A stretch of 64,000 nt of DNA from Candidatus Latescibacterota bacterium (GTDB lineage: Bacteria > Latescibacterota > UBA2968 > UBA8231): assembly GCA_965217585.1 (NCBI GenBank), contig OZ244561.1:7072001-7136000 (forward strand). The letters run 5' to 3'. Below are positions 49,603 through 58,760 of the stretch, in pieces. The notes under the pieces are model-generated. The model did not search any database. It saw only the letters and a program-made list of their open reading frames with translations, and had not been told where the DNA came from. A program made the position numbers and the translations under genes. Within the stretch, counting starts at the first letter, position 1. Each line of letters starts with the position of its first letter.

Positions 49603-50367
49603 TCAGACGCAGCCGGCGTGTTCTTGCCCCCGCAGCAGGGGATAGTCGGGTTTGTCTTGGGGAGCACCCGTCCAGCGCGAGTGGGCGCTCATGTAGTGGG
49701 TGGCCATACCGCGGCGGCGCGTCGTCGTCTGGTTGGGGCCGGAGCGATGCAGGAGCAGGCTGTGGTGGAAGGAGCAGTCGCCCGCTTGCAGCAGGATGGG
49801 CTGTTCGCGCTGGTGGTCGATGGCTGCGTCGGGAACTGTCTTGTCTTGCCGCGAGCCGACCATCCACACCTCGCTGTGGTCCACTAGCCCCTCGCGGTGG
49901 CTGCCCGACACGACCCATAGGCAGCCATTTTCAAGGGTTACATCGTCTAAGGCGACCCAAGCGGTGGCGAGGGCCATCGGCTCGATGTGAAAGTACGCGG
50001 AGTCTTGGTGATAGGTCTTTTCTATGCCGCCTGGCCCCTTAATAAAAACTTGGTCGCCGTAGAGCTTGACGTCTGGGCCGAGCAGGTCGGCAGCGGCGGT
50101 GAGGAGGGCCCCCCGCATTGCGTGGTCGCGGAAGAAAGCATCGCATTCGGACGGGCCGTTGATCTTGCGCAGATGGTCGATGTGGCGTTGCTGGGGCGCG
50201 TTGGGGTCGAACTCGATGTTCGCCTCCGGGAAGGGCAGCGCGCCCGAGGCGATCCCTTCGATGTGGGTGCGGAGCTCGTGCAAGTCTTCTGCGGAAAGGG
50301 CGTTGCGCAAGATGGTGTACCCGTCTTGCTGGTACTGGGCGATTTGTTCGGGGCTGAGTACGGACAT
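49603..50367 (-). CDS. Phytanoyl-CoA dioxygenase (PhyH) family protein
   Basis: Start MSVLS at 50367. 'HQD', 'WVALDD...NGCL', 'HRSGPN'. Confidence 0.9.
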   Translation of the reverse strand: MSVLSPEQIAQYQQDGYTILRNALSAEDLHELRTHIEGIASGALPFPEANIEFDPNAPQQRHIDHLRKINGPSECDAFFRDHAMRGALLTAAADLLGPDVKLYGDQVFIKGPGGIEKTYHQDSAYFHIEPMALATAWVALDDVTLENGCLWVVSGSHREGLVDHSEVWMVGSRQDKTVPDAAIDHQREQPILLQAGDCSFHHSLLLHRSGPNQTTTRRRGMATHYMSAHSRWTGAPQDKPDYPLLRGQEHAGCV

Positions 50368-50381
50368 GGTTTGCTCCAAAT

Positions 50382-51707
50382 TTAGGCTATCTCCGCCAGC
50401 GCGTTCCCCACCGCGGCGACTAAGCCGTCGATGTGCCCGGCGTCCATGGGCGTAGAAAGCGCGCACATGCCCAACCCTGAGCCGAGGAAGTACCCTTGCT
50501 CGATGAGCGAGAGAAAGAGCGGATGAATGGGGGTTTTGTCGGTGGCGGCGAGATCGCGGTAGTTGGCGATGGGGCCGCGGGCGAAGTGGATACTGAAGAC
50601 CGACCCCGTGCAGACCGCTTGGGCGGCGATGGCACGGGTGGCAAAGAGCGCGTTGAGTTGGTCCTTTAAGCGTGCTCCGAGTGCGTTCAGGTGGGCGATG
50701 GTTTGCGGCGTCAGCTCGCTCAGGGTCGCTAGGCCGGCGGCCATAGCTACTGGATGCGCGCTAAAGGTGCCGCTCTGGAAAAAGCCGGTGGATTGCTGCG
50801 AGTTGTCAAACAGGTCCATCAGGTCGGCCCGGCCGCCAAAGGCCCCCACCGGAAAGCCGCCGCCGATGATCTTGCCAAAGCAACTCAGGTCCGGGTCGAT
50901 GCCGTACAGGCCCTGCAAGCCGCCGGTGTCTGTGCGGAAGCCAACGATTTCGTCGAAGATGAGTAAGACTCCGTGGCGGCGGGTGATGTCGCGTACGGCG
51001 CGGGCAAAATCCGGCTGGACGTCCATGATACCGACCTTGGGATCGAAGAGGACGCAGGCTAGTTCGCTGGCGTGCGCGGCGACGAGCCGCTCGACGGCTT
51101 CTAGGTCGTGGTAGGGGAGGATGATGGCCTCGGACGCGGCCGACGGGGACATGCCGCCGGCTGTTGGCAGCGCGATGGGCGCGTCTGCGGGGCCGGCTCG
51201 GTCCAGGGGCGGAGCTACGCTGACTTCCACGGCGTCGTGGCTGCCGTGGTAGCCACCCTCGAACTTGGCGATTTTGCCGCGCTTGGTGTAGCCCCGCGCC
51301 AAGCGAATCGCGTGTAGCGTGGCCTCGGTTCCAGAGTTGACAAAGCGAATCCGCTCCAGCGCATCCACTCGGTCGCACATTGCGCGGGCGATTTCGCTCT
51401 CAATGCCGGTGGGCGCGCCCAAGGCAATGCCCTTTTGCATCTGCTCGCGCACGGCCGCTTCCACGCGCTCGTGCCCGTGCCCGAGGACTTGGGCCGTGTG
51501 GTGGTTGGCGCAATCGACGTAGCGCCGGCCATCGACATCCCACAGGTAGCAGTCCTTGCCACGGGCCATGGCGAGCGGATAGGGCGAGTAGTAATACGCG
51601 CCTTTGGCCGCACCGGCCGTATAGGCGCGGCCCTGCTCAAAAAGGGCGCGGGAGCGCGGGCTGGCGCGGCGATAGCGCGCTTCGAGGTCGGCGAGTGAGG
51701 TAGGCAT
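50382..51707 (-). CDS. Class III PLP aminotransferase (GSA aminomutase-like)
   Basis: 'NSGTEA', 'GGYHG', 'LIFDEI', 'FGKIIGGGFPVGAFGG', 'SGTF'. Confidence 0.88.
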   Translation of the reverse strand: MPTSLADLEARYRRASPRSRALFEQGRAYTAGAAKGAYYYSPYPLAMARGKDCYLWDVDGRRYVDCANHHTAQVLGHGHERVEAAVREQMQKGIALGAPTGIESEIARAMCDRVDALERIRFVNSGTEATLHAIRLARGYTKRGKIAKFEGGYHGSHDAVEVSVAPPLDRAGPADAPIALPTAGGMSPSAASEAIILPYHDLEAVERLVAAHASELACVLFDPKVGIMDVQPDFARAVRDITRRHGVLLIFDEIVGFRTDTGGLQGLYGIDPDLSCFGKIIGGGFPVGAFGGRADLMDLFDNSQQSTGFFQSGTFSAHPVAMAAGLATLSELTPQTIAHLNALGARLKDQLNALFATRAIAAQAVCTGSVFSIHFARGPIANYRDLAATDKTPIHPLFLSLIEQGYFLGSGLGMCALSTPMDAGHIDGLVAAVGNALAEIA

Positions 51708-51839
51708 AATGGGATATTATACTACTAAATGAGGCTGGTGCCCAACTCTCGCGGGCACGTGGAGTTGACGCAGCCCATGTTCGCCCCCATCCTTCTAGAA
51801 ACCACTCGCCCTATAAACCCTTCACCACCAATTGCTACC

Positions 51840-52934
51840 ATGTCCCAAACCGAATACGCCGTCCAAGTCGCGTCCTCGGCTGACGTTTCGCTGATCGACT
51901 GCGATGTCCACAACTACCCGAACTCCATCGACGAGCTCATGCCCTATCTGTCGGCGCGCTGGCAGGCGTACGTGCGGCAATCCGGGTTTAGCGGCCCGCC
52001 CGGGCCGACCTATCCCAAGGGGTTTGCCCAAGCTGCGCGGCGCGATGCTTGGCCGCCATCGGGCCTGCGGCCGGGCGGCGACCCGGATTTTGCACGCACC
52101 CAATTACTCGACGCTTGGGGCATTGACGTGGCCTTGCTCAATCCGCTCTACGGCATGACGTCCCTGCACAACCTCGACTTTGCCAACGCGCTAATGCGGG
52201 CGGTCAACGAGTGGACCGCGCACGCTTGGCTCGACCACGATCCGCGCTGGCGCGGCTCGATTGTGGTCAATGCCAGCGACCCGGCGGAGGCGGCCGCGGA
52301 AATCAAGCGGGCCGCGGCTGATCCGCGCTTTGTGCAGGCGCTGCTCTTAGTGCGGTCGAGCGCGCCGTATGGCAAGCGGCAGTTCCGGCCGATTTTTGCC
52401 GCGGCCTGCGAGGTCGGTCTGCCGGTGGGCATCCACTTTGGCGGCAGCGGCCAGCCCATCACGGCCTGCGGCTGGCCTTCCTATTACATCGAAGATCACA
52501 CGGCCATGTCGCAAGCCTTTGAGGCCCAGGTCGTCAGCCTTGTTTGCGAAGGGGTGTTCTGCGAGTTCCCAGAGCTGCGTGTCGCGCTTATCGAGGGGGG
52601 ATTCGCGTGGTTGCCCGGGCTGATGTGGCGGCTGGACAAAAACTACCGGGGCTTGCGCAGCGAGGTGCCGTGGCTAAAGAAGCGGCCCAGCGAATACATC
52701 CGCCAGCACTTCCGCTCCACGACCCAACCCATGGAAGAGCCAGACGATCCCCAGCACTTGTTGCAGATCATCGACATGATCGGCTGCGAGGAGTTCTTGA
52801 TGTTCGCCACGGATTATCCGCATTGGGACTTTGACTCGCCGGCCCGCGCCCTGCCGCCAGTGATTGACGACGCGCTGCGCCAGGGCATCAGGGTCGATAA
52901 TGCCGAGGCATTATATGGATTCGCGGCGCGTTGA
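51840..52934 (+). CDS. Amidohydrolase_2 family protein
   Basis: 'IDCDVH', 'GIH', 'IEGG', 'FATDYPHWD'. Likely start MSQTE at 51840. Confidence 0.88.
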   Translation: MSQTEYAVQVASSADVSLIDCDVHNYPNSIDELMPYLSARWQAYVRQSGFSGPPGPTYPKGFAQAARRDAWPPSGLRPGGDPDFARTQLLDAWGIDVALLNPLYGMTSLHNLDFANALMRAVNEWTAHAWLDHDPRWRGSIVVNASDPAEAAAEIKRAAADPRFVQALLLVRSSAPYGKRQFRPIFAAACEVGLPVGIHFGGSGQPITACGWPSYYIEDHTAMSQAFEAQVVSLVCEGVFCEFPELRVALIEGGFAWLPGLMWRLDKNYRGLRSEVPWLKKRPSEYIRQHFRSTTQPMEEPDDPQHLLQIIDMIGCEEFLMFATDYPHWDFDSPARALPPVIDDALRQGIRVDNAEALYGFAAR

Positions 52935-53280
52935 CGTAGGGCCGGTCGATGCCTTTGCCGATGGCGAGGTCCGCCGGGTCGAGGTCCAGGGGCGGGGCTT
53001 GGCCATCGTGCGGCAGGGGAATGCTTGGTACGCGCTCCGCGATATTTGTCCACATCAAGGAGCACGCCTGTCGGATGGCCGGGTTGGGGGCACGGCGCTG
53101 GCGCGGCACCCAGGGGACGAAATCGTCTTGGGACGCGCGGGCGAAATTCTGAGCTGCCCGTGGCACGGCTGGGAATACGACGTGCGCACGGGCCGCTCGC
53201 TCTGCGAGCCTGAAAAGGTGCGGGTGCGGACCTATCCGGCCCGCGTGGAGGCCGGTCGGGTGGTCGTGGAACTGGACTAG
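52915..53280 (+). CDS. Rieske [2Fe-2S] ferredoxin
   Basis: 'CPHQG' and 'CPWHGWEYD'. Overlaps the amidohydrolase stop. Confidence 0.9.
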   Translation: MDSRRVDVGPVDAFADGEVRRVEVQGRGLAIVRQGNAWYALRDICPHQGARLSDGRVGGTALARHPGDEIVLGRAGEILSCPWHGWEYDVRTGRSLCEPEKVRVRTYPARVEAGRVVVELD

Positions 53281-54263
53281 GCCCGTGGCACCGGAATGGG
53301 CACCGGCGCGTTGCCCTGTTTTTGCGATTCTAAAAACCCAATAATCAGCTCTACTACAGTGTGCCCGGCCCGGCCCGGCGACACCGACTCGACGCCTTGG
53401 TCCATGGATGCAATCAACTCGTGGATGCCGGCGGGGATACCCTCGATCGGCCATGTGGGCGGCTCAATCGGTTCGGCCTCTTCGCCCCGGTACAGGATGC
53501 TCGTTTGGCCGAGGAGTAATCGTCCGGTGGTGCCGACCACTTCGAGTTGCTGCTTGGGCGCTGGCGTGGTCTTAGAGCCGCCGATGTAGAAGCCCCGCAC
53601 CCCCCCGGCAAAGTGGATGTACCCGTTAGCTCCCGGCTCGGTGGCTGGCACGTGGCCGCCGTCGCCGCGGTACTCGGCGTAGTCCGCGTATCCTTCCTCC
53701 AACTCGGCCACCACCCACTGGGGCTGCGCGCCCGCGTAGTAGCATATAGCGTCGAGGGTGTGGGTGCCGTTGCGGAAGAGCATGGCGCGGGGGCCGGAGA
53801 GCGTGCCGATGACGTATTGCACCGGGCCGATGACGCCTTGATCGACGATCTCTTCTTTGGCGTGCCGCCACAGGGGCATGAAGCGCCGGGTGTGATCGAC
53901 CGACAGGGTGGTGTTGTTGGCATCGCAAGCGGCGATCATGCGGTCGGCGTCTGCGAGGTTGGTAGCCAGCGGTTTTTCGCAGAAGATGCCCTTGGCCCCG
54001 GCGTTGGCCGCATCGACGACTAAGTCGGCGTGGCGGTGGTCCGAGGTGGCGACGGTGACGATGTCCAGCGATTCGCGGGCGAGCATCTCGCGGTGATCGC
54101 GGTACAGGGTAAGGTCCGCATCTGGCCAGCGTTGCTCAAACTCGCGGAGGGTTGCTTCGTCGAGGTCGCAAGCCGCTGTGAGGCTGGCGCGGTCTGACCC
54201 GACAATCCCGGTGGCGTGGGCCACGCCAATGCCGCGGCAGCCAATGACTCCAGCTTTATACAT
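53277..54263 (-). CDS. Gfo/Idh/MocA family oxidoreductase
   Basis: 'GVIGCRGIG', 'IFCEKP', 'GTH.LD'. Confidence 0.9.
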   Translation of the reverse strand: MYKAGVIGCRGIGVAHATGIVGSDRASLTAACDLDEATLREFEQRWPDADLTLYRDHREMLARESLDIVTVATSDHRHADLVVDAANAGAKGIFCEKPLATNLADADRMIAACDANNTTLSVDHTRRFMPLWRHAKEEIVDQGVIGPVQYVIGTLSGPRAMLFRNGTHTLDAICYYAGAQPQWVVAELEEGYADYAEYRGDGGHVPATEPGANGYIHFAGGVRGFYIGGSKTTPAPKQQLEVVGTTGRLLLGQTSILYRGEEAEPIEPPTWPIEGIPAGIHELIASMDQGVESVSPGRAGHTVVELIIGFLESQKQGNAPVPIPVPRA

Positions 54264-54293
54264 GTCGTGCTCCTTTGTTTAGGGTTTCACTCA

Positions 54294-55661
54294 TCATGCA
54301 GTGTAAGGAACGGTGCCTCGTGCATCTACTTGGTACCCCCAGCGTTCGAGATAGGCTGGGCCGGGGAGGAAGAGGTCGTCGGCTGCGGCGAGGCGGCGCG
54401 TTAGGGTCGCGTCTAATTCGTCGAGCAAGTCCTGCTGGCCAGGCTGTCCGACGAGGTTGTCCTGTTGGAAGGGATCGGCCTCGTTGTCGTAGAGCAGCCA
54501 CGGCCCCTCTAGGGCGCGCACGTACGTGTGGCGGCGGGTGCGTAGGCCCCGGTAGGACCGGCCGCCGCCGCCGGTCCACCACTGCCCAAAGGGATGGGGG
54601 CACTGCAAGAGCGCGGTGCCGTCCGAGGGGTCTGAACCGCCTTGTAGGTACTCGGAAAAGTCGATGCCCTCCACGGTGGAAGGGATCGGTAGGTCGCACA
54701 GTCCCAACAGGGTCGGCATGATGTCCGGCAGGTCAATCAGCGCGTCGAGTTGGCGGCCGGCGGTGTCCATCCCTGGATAGCGCAGCAGGAACGGCACGCG
54801 GATGGACTCTTCATAGGGCTTTTGCTTTTTGTCCATGCCCTGCGAGCCGAGCATGTCGCCGTGATCCGAGAAGAACAGAAAGACTGTCTCTTGCTCCAAT
54901 CCCTCCTCTTGTAAGGTCTGGAGCAACATGCCGACGCAGTCGTCCAAGGCCGTGCAATGGGCGTAGTACCCGGCGAGCCACTGCCGCGCGGGTTCGGCCC
55001 AGTCGCTCGGCACATTGGGCCGCAGGGCGATAGCTGCCGGATCGTACAGAGCTTGGTATACTTCCGGGGCCGTGTGATAGGGGGCGTGCGGCGGCCCCCA
55101 CGACAGGACCAGCAAAAAAGGATTGGTCTCGCCTGAAGTCGAGGTGAAGCCGCGTCGGCTGCGCAGGTACGCTTGGGCGTCGCGGGTCTGGGCCAAGGCG
55201 TCGTAGCCCTCCCACACGAGCTGCTCGTCCGAGTCGCCGGCATAGTACGCGGAATGGTTGTAGTCGTGAGTGCATTCGAGCACCTTCCAGTACTCGAAGC
55301 CCTGCCGCCGCTCGGGCGGGATATAGCGGGAGCGGCCGCGGCCATTGACGTGCCATTTGCCGATATAGGCCGTGTCGTAGCCGCCCGCGCTGAAAGCCTG
55401 CGCGAGGCTCGTGGCGTCTTGGCCCAGCTCTACGTCGTTGACGAAGACGCCGTGCGTGAGGGGGTATTGACCAGTCAGGATCGAGGCCCGCGCTGGCGAG
55501 CACACCGAGCAGCCAGACACCGCGTGGGTGCAGTTGACGCTGCGGCGCGCTAACGCGTCCAAATTGGGGGTTTGCACGTTGGGGTCGCCGGCGTATCCGC
55601 AGGCTTGGGCACGCCATTGGTCGGCGAAGACGAGGACGACATTCGGCTTTTTGTTGGTCAC
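54294..55661 (-). CDS. Sulfatase (Cys-type)
   Basis: GTG start at 55661 with GGAG RBS. 'PNVVLVFADQWR', 'CSPARASILTG', 'GKWH', 'SDHG'. Confidence 0.93.
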   Translation of the reverse strand: MTNKKPNVVLVFADQWRAQACGYAGDPNVQTPNLDALARRSVNCTHAVSGCSVCSPARASILTGQYPLTHGVFVNDVELGQDATSLAQAFSAGGYDTAYIGKWHVNGRGRSRYIPPERRQGFEYWKVLECTHDYNHSAYYAGDSDEQLVWEGYDALAQTRDAQAYLRSRRGFTSTSGETNPFLLVLSWGPPHAPYHTAPEVYQALYDPAAIALRPNVPSDWAEPARQWLAGYYAHCTALDDCVGMLLQTLQEEGLEQETVFLFFSDHGDMLGSQGMDKKQKPYEESIRVPFLLRYPGMDTAGRQLDALIDLPDIMPTLLGLCDLPIPSTVEGIDFSEYLQGGSDPSDGTALLQCPHPFGQWWTGGGGRSYRGLRTRRHTYVRALEGPWLLYDNEADPFQQDNLVGQPGQQDLLDELDATLTRRLAAADDLFLPGPAYLERWGYQVDARGTVPYTA

Positions 55662-55710
55662 TGCGCGTCTCCTGCGTTGGAACTGGACTAGCCCCAATAT
55701 CTTCGCGTTG

Positions 55711-55756
55711 GGGGTTGGCTGTCAATGTTGACCGGGTTCGACGCGCGCGGTACTTT
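55711..55756 (+). promoter_or_regulatory. Sigma70-like promoter, copy 1 of a direct repeat
   Basis: TTGACC (55728)-17 bp-TACTTT (55751). Palindrome GTCAA-N2-TTGAC overlaps the -35. 37/43 nt identical to 57344-57386. Confidence 0.65.
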
Positions 55757-55790
55757 GGCCGCTTGAAAGCCCTGTCTGGAGGATGCCCCC

Positions 55791-57338
55791 ATGAGCAAAC
55801 GCAGATTACCCATCGGCATTCAAACCTTCCGCGAGATCCGCGAGGAAGACTGCTACTACGTCGATAAGACCGGCTACATCTGCCGGCTGCTCGACGAGGG
55901 CAAGCACTACTTTCTGTCGCGTCCGCGCCGCTTTGGCAAAAGCCTGTTGTTGGACACGCTCAAGGAGGTGTTCGAGGGCAACAAATCGCTGTTTGAGGGG
56001 TTGGACATCCACGACCACTGGGATTGGTCACGGCGGTATCCGGTTGTGCGGCTGGACTTCAGCGGCGGCAGTTACTACGAGCGGGGTGGTCTGCACGAAG
56101 ACGCGATGGCGCAACTACAAGATTTGGCAGAAGAGGCCGGGGTTACGACCCGTTACGAGAGCGCCTCGGCGTGCTTTCGCCATCTGCTTGGGGCACTGAG
56201 TCGGCAGGCTGGGCAGCGCGTTGTAGTGCTGGTAGATGAGTATGACAAGCCGATTTTGGATGCGCTGGAGGTGCCGGACATCGCCCGCGCTAACCGCGAC
56301 TTTCTGCGCGACCTGTACGCGATGATCAAATCCAGCGATGCACACATCCGCTTCGCTTTCATTACGGGGGTGAGCAAGTTTTCCAAGGTCAGTTTGTTTT
56401 CTGGACTCAACAACCTCAAGGACATCACCCTCGACCCGCGCTACTCCGCTATCTGCGGCTACACCGAGGCAGACCTCGACGCGGTGTTCGCACCGGAGTT
56501 GCCCGGCCTCGATAGGGACGAGATCCGCGACTGGTACAACGGCTACCGTTGGCTCGGTGACGAGAAGGTGTACAATCCCTTCGACATCCTGCTGCTCTTC
56601 GACAGCCGCAAGTTCGGTGCCTATTGGTTCGAGACGGGTACACCGACGTTCTTGGTCGAAACCCTGTGCAAGCGCCACGTCAGCTCCTTGGAGTTGGGCA
56701 GCATGGAGGGCAGCAGCGACCTGTTGTCCACCTTCGACGTGGACGACATAGCGACCGAGGCCCTGCTGTTCCAGACCGGCTACCTCACCATCCAAGACGA
56801 GGAAGACCTCGGCGGTGAGCCCGTCTATCGGCTAGGCTATCCCAACCGCGAGGTACGGCAGAGCCTGAACCGCAGCCTGCTGCGCTACTTGGTGCAGGAT
56901 GCCACGCGGCAGATGGCCAATAGCGTCCGGCTCTACCGGCTATTAGAGGCCAACGACTTCGCCGGGCTGGAGACGCTATTCCACGCCTTTTTCGCCAGCA
57001 TTCCCTATGAGTGGTACACCAACAACGACATCGCCCGGTACGAAGGCTATTACGCCAGCGTGTTCTACTCCTATTTCGCCGGGCTAGGGCTGGACATCAA
57101 GGTAGAGGACAGCAGTAGCCACGGACGATTGGACATGGCGGTTCTATTCAACGGCAACGTCTATCTATTTGAGTTCAAGGTGGTCGAGTTGGCGTCCGGG
57201 GGCGCGGCGATGGGGCAATTGAAGGAGCGGCGCTACGCGGATAAGTATCGCGGTTTGGGGCAGCCGATATACCTGATTGGCGTGGAGTTTAGTAAGGATA
57301 CGCGCAATGTGGCGGCGTTTGCGGTGGAGCGGGCGTGA
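55791..57338 (+). CDS. AAA-ATPase-like + PD-(D/E)XK nuclease (PDDEXK_9 type)
   Basis: 'LPIGIQTF..IR....YVDKT', 'SRPRRFGKS', 'LVDEYDKP', C-terminal 'GRLD...FEFK...Y'. Confidence 0.93.
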   Translation: MSKRRLPIGIQTFREIREEDCYYVDKTGYICRLLDEGKHYFLSRPRRFGKSLLLDTLKEVFEGNKSLFEGLDIHDHWDWSRRYPVVRLDFSGGSYYERGGLHEDAMAQLQDLAEEAGVTTRYESASACFRHLLGALSRQAGQRVVVLVDEYDKPILDALEVPDIARANRDFLRDLYAMIKSSDAHIRFAFITGVSKFSKVSLFSGLNNLKDITLDPRYSAICGYTEADLDAVFAPELPGLDRDEIRDWYNGYRWLGDEKVYNPFDILLLFDSRKFGAYWFETGTPTFLVETLCKRHVSSLELGSMEGSSDLLSTFDVDDIATEALLFQTGYLTIQDEEDLGGEPVYRLGYPNREVRQSLNRSLLRYLVQDATRQMANSVRLYRLLEANDFAGLETLFHAFFASIPYEWYTNNDIARYEGYYASVFYSYFAGLGLDIKVEDSSSHGRLDMAVLFNGNVYLFEFKVVELASGGAAMGQLKERRYADKYRGLGQPIYLIGVEFSKDTRNVAAFAVERA

Positions 57339-57343
57339 GCGTC

Positions 57344-57389
57344 GGGGGTGGCTGTCAAAATTGACCGGGTTCAACGCACCCGGTACAAT
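57344..57389 (+). promoter_or_regulatory. Sigma70-like promoter, copy 2 of the direct repeat
   Basis: TTGACC (57361)-17 bp-TACAAT (57384), upstream of the VOC gene. Confidence 0.7.
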
Positions 57390-57428
57390 CGAATTCTATC
57401 GACTTAAACTCATCCACGGGAGGAAAAT

Positions 57429-57947
57429 ATGAGAAGTCACAGAATTGCCGCAGCAGTAGTAGTTGCAGGAATCGCCATCGGCATTAGCTCAATCGCCGTC
57501 GCCCACGAGGACCACGACAAGGCTTCCGCACCCACGGCGTTCACCGCCATGACGCCGATTCTGAACGTCGCAAGCGTGGAGGCGAGCATCGAGCACTACA
57601 CCTCGGTTCTTGGTTTCAACAAGGACTGGGACTGGCCCGCCGAGGCCGAGGACAAGACCTTTGCCTCCCTATCCAATGGCGAGGTGCATATCTTTCTCGC
57701 CGAGAATTCGCAGGGTGCCCGACCGGTGTGGCTCTACTACAACGTCGGGGATGTTGACAAGCTGCACGAGGGGTACGCGGCGGCGGGGGCGAACATAAAG
57801 AAGGTGCCTGTTGACGAGCCTTGGGGGGCGCGGGAGATGCTGGTTGAGGACTTAGATGGGCATGTTTTGCGGATTGGCGGGCCGCCTAGCAGGGGAGAGG
57901 GTGGTGAGAGTGAGGAAGGGGGCGATGAGACGAAAGAAGATGGCTAA
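57429..57947 (+). CDS. VOC / bleomycin-resistance family protein with signal peptide
   Basis: 'TPILNV.SVEASIEHY..VLGF', 'PVDEPWGAREMLVEDLDGHVLRIG'. GGAGG RBS. Confidence 0.85.
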   Translation: MRSHRIAAAVVVAGIAIGISSIAVAHEDHDKASAPTAFTAMTPILNVASVEASIEHYTSVLGFNKDWDWPAEAEDKTFASLSNGEVHIFLAENSQGARPVWLYYNVGDVDKLHEGYAAAGANIKKVPVDEPWGAREMLVEDLDGHVLRIGGPPSRGEGGESEEGGDETKEDG

Positions 57948-58143
57948 AGTCAACGACACAGAGCAGCCTTCAGAGAGTGAGAACACTCGAACTATCCCTT
58001 CGGCGGTCAAACTCAAGCAGCTAATAGGCACCTCGCCCGCTTGCCGAATGCTGACGCCGGAAGAAATCGAGTTGCTGAGGAAAAGCAAGCAGGAAATGGA
58101 TCAAGTCGTGGGCGAGGTCCTTGCGGGGAAACGAGATACATAG
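57940..58143 (+). CDS. Small hypothetical protein (67 aa), paralogue of nested ORF 61212-61421
   Basis: MAKVND...LKQLIGTSPACRMLTPEEIELLRKSKQEMDQVVGEVLAGKRDT. 29/43 aa identical to the nested ORF. Start overlaps the VOC stop. Confidence 0.75.
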   Translation: MAKVNDTEQPSESENTRTIPSAVKLKQLIGTSPACRMLTPEEIELLRKSKQEMDQVVGEVLAGKRDT

Positions 58144-58191
58144 GATTTGACCAAGCCGATAAACCTGATTGGCGTGGAGTGCAGCAAGGAT
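58144..58191 (+). pseudogene. Remnant of the 3' end of an AAA/PD-(D/E)XK gene
   Basis: 39/48 nt identical to 57252-57299 (core 26/27). Translates DLTKPINLIGVECSKD versus GLGQPIYLIGVEFSKD. Confidence 0.75.
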
Positions 58192-58300
58192 GGGAGCGAA
58201 GCGGGGGCAGGCAGGCTCTGAGACGCCAATGCCGATGGAGTGGGCGACGCCAATGCTGCGGTAGCCGATGACTCCAGATCGGGTACATAGTAGGTTGCCT

Positions 58301-58424
58301 TATTCAATGAGGCCGGGGCAACGAGGCCCCGGAAATACGCACATACTTTGTGCGAGAAAATCACAACTCCCATACTTCAATGAGGCCCGACGATAGGGGA
58401 CGCTATTGCGCTGTCGGGGAAAAT
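58301..58424 (-). CRISPR. Single-spacer type I-G mini-array (one near-canonical and one divergent repeat); putative regulatory crRNA-like RNA
   Basis: Minus strand reads: divergent repeat ATTTTCCCCGAC...GTCGGGCCTCATTGAAGT (58424-58374), 35-nt spacer (58373-58339), repeat GTATTTCCGGGGCCTCGTTGCCCCGGCCTCATTGAATA (58338-58301). The GGCCTCATTGAA end and stem-loop match I-G repeats. Confidence 0.8.
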
Positions 58425-58439
58425 TTCATAGATTTATGG

Positions 58440-58474
58440 TTCATGGGAGTAGTAATATTAAACATTTTAGGAGG
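58440..58474 (+). promoter_or_regulatory. AT-rich putative promoter/RBS region containing a TTC-PAM partial protospacer for the mini-array spacer
   Basis: TTC (58440-42) followed by ATGGGAGTAGTAATATT, matching the spacer at 14 of the first 17 nt. -10-like TAATAT at 58453, AGGAGG at 58469. Confidence 0.65.
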
Positions 58475-58484
58475 ATAGAGTCCA

Positions 58485-58688
58485 ATGAGAAATAAATATT
58501 GCCTCACACATTTAGCTTTTCAGTTTGAGCAGGTTTCGGTCGAGATCGTTAATGACGAGCCATCCTACGGGACTAGATATGAGCAACGATCTAGGCCCTC
58601 CAACCCGGAACAGACTACTGTACCAAAACTCAAGCCCTTGTTGCTCCCCGCCGGGGACAGCGCGAGGAATACTAAAGATGACCTCTAA
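58485..58688 (+). CDS. Small hypothetical ORF (67 aa) leading the cas operon
   Basis: Perfect AGGAGG 10 nt upstream, ATG AGA AAT AAA start. No recognisable domain, so coding status is uncertain. Confidence 0.4.
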   Translation: MRNKYCLTHLAFQFEQVSVEIVNDEPSYGTRYEQRSRPSNPEQTTVPKLKPLLLPAGDSARNTKDDL

Positions 58689-58760
58689 CCAAACGAAACG
58701 TCGCGACTAATGTCAATCACCGCTGCGGCAAGACGCAGCCAAAACGAACGAGGATAGACT

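Noticed and set aside
50382-51707. Assignment as hemL
   Set aside because: The family is clear, but the catabolic context and divergent N-terminus do not support orthology.
58222-58256. GACGCCAATGC repeated twice at 24-bp spacing
   Set aside because: Only two short copies with no relation to the CRISPR repeat. It may be chance or decay debris.
58301-58424. Ordinary adaptive CRISPR array
   Set aside because: Only one spacer, the two repeats differ, and no further repeats lie nearby. The main array and cas1/cas2, if present, are outside the window.
58722-58739. Small hairpin GCTGCG-GCAAGA-CGCAGC before cas7
   Set aside because: A 6-bp stem with no U-tract on the plus strand; insufficient to call a terminator or ncRNA.
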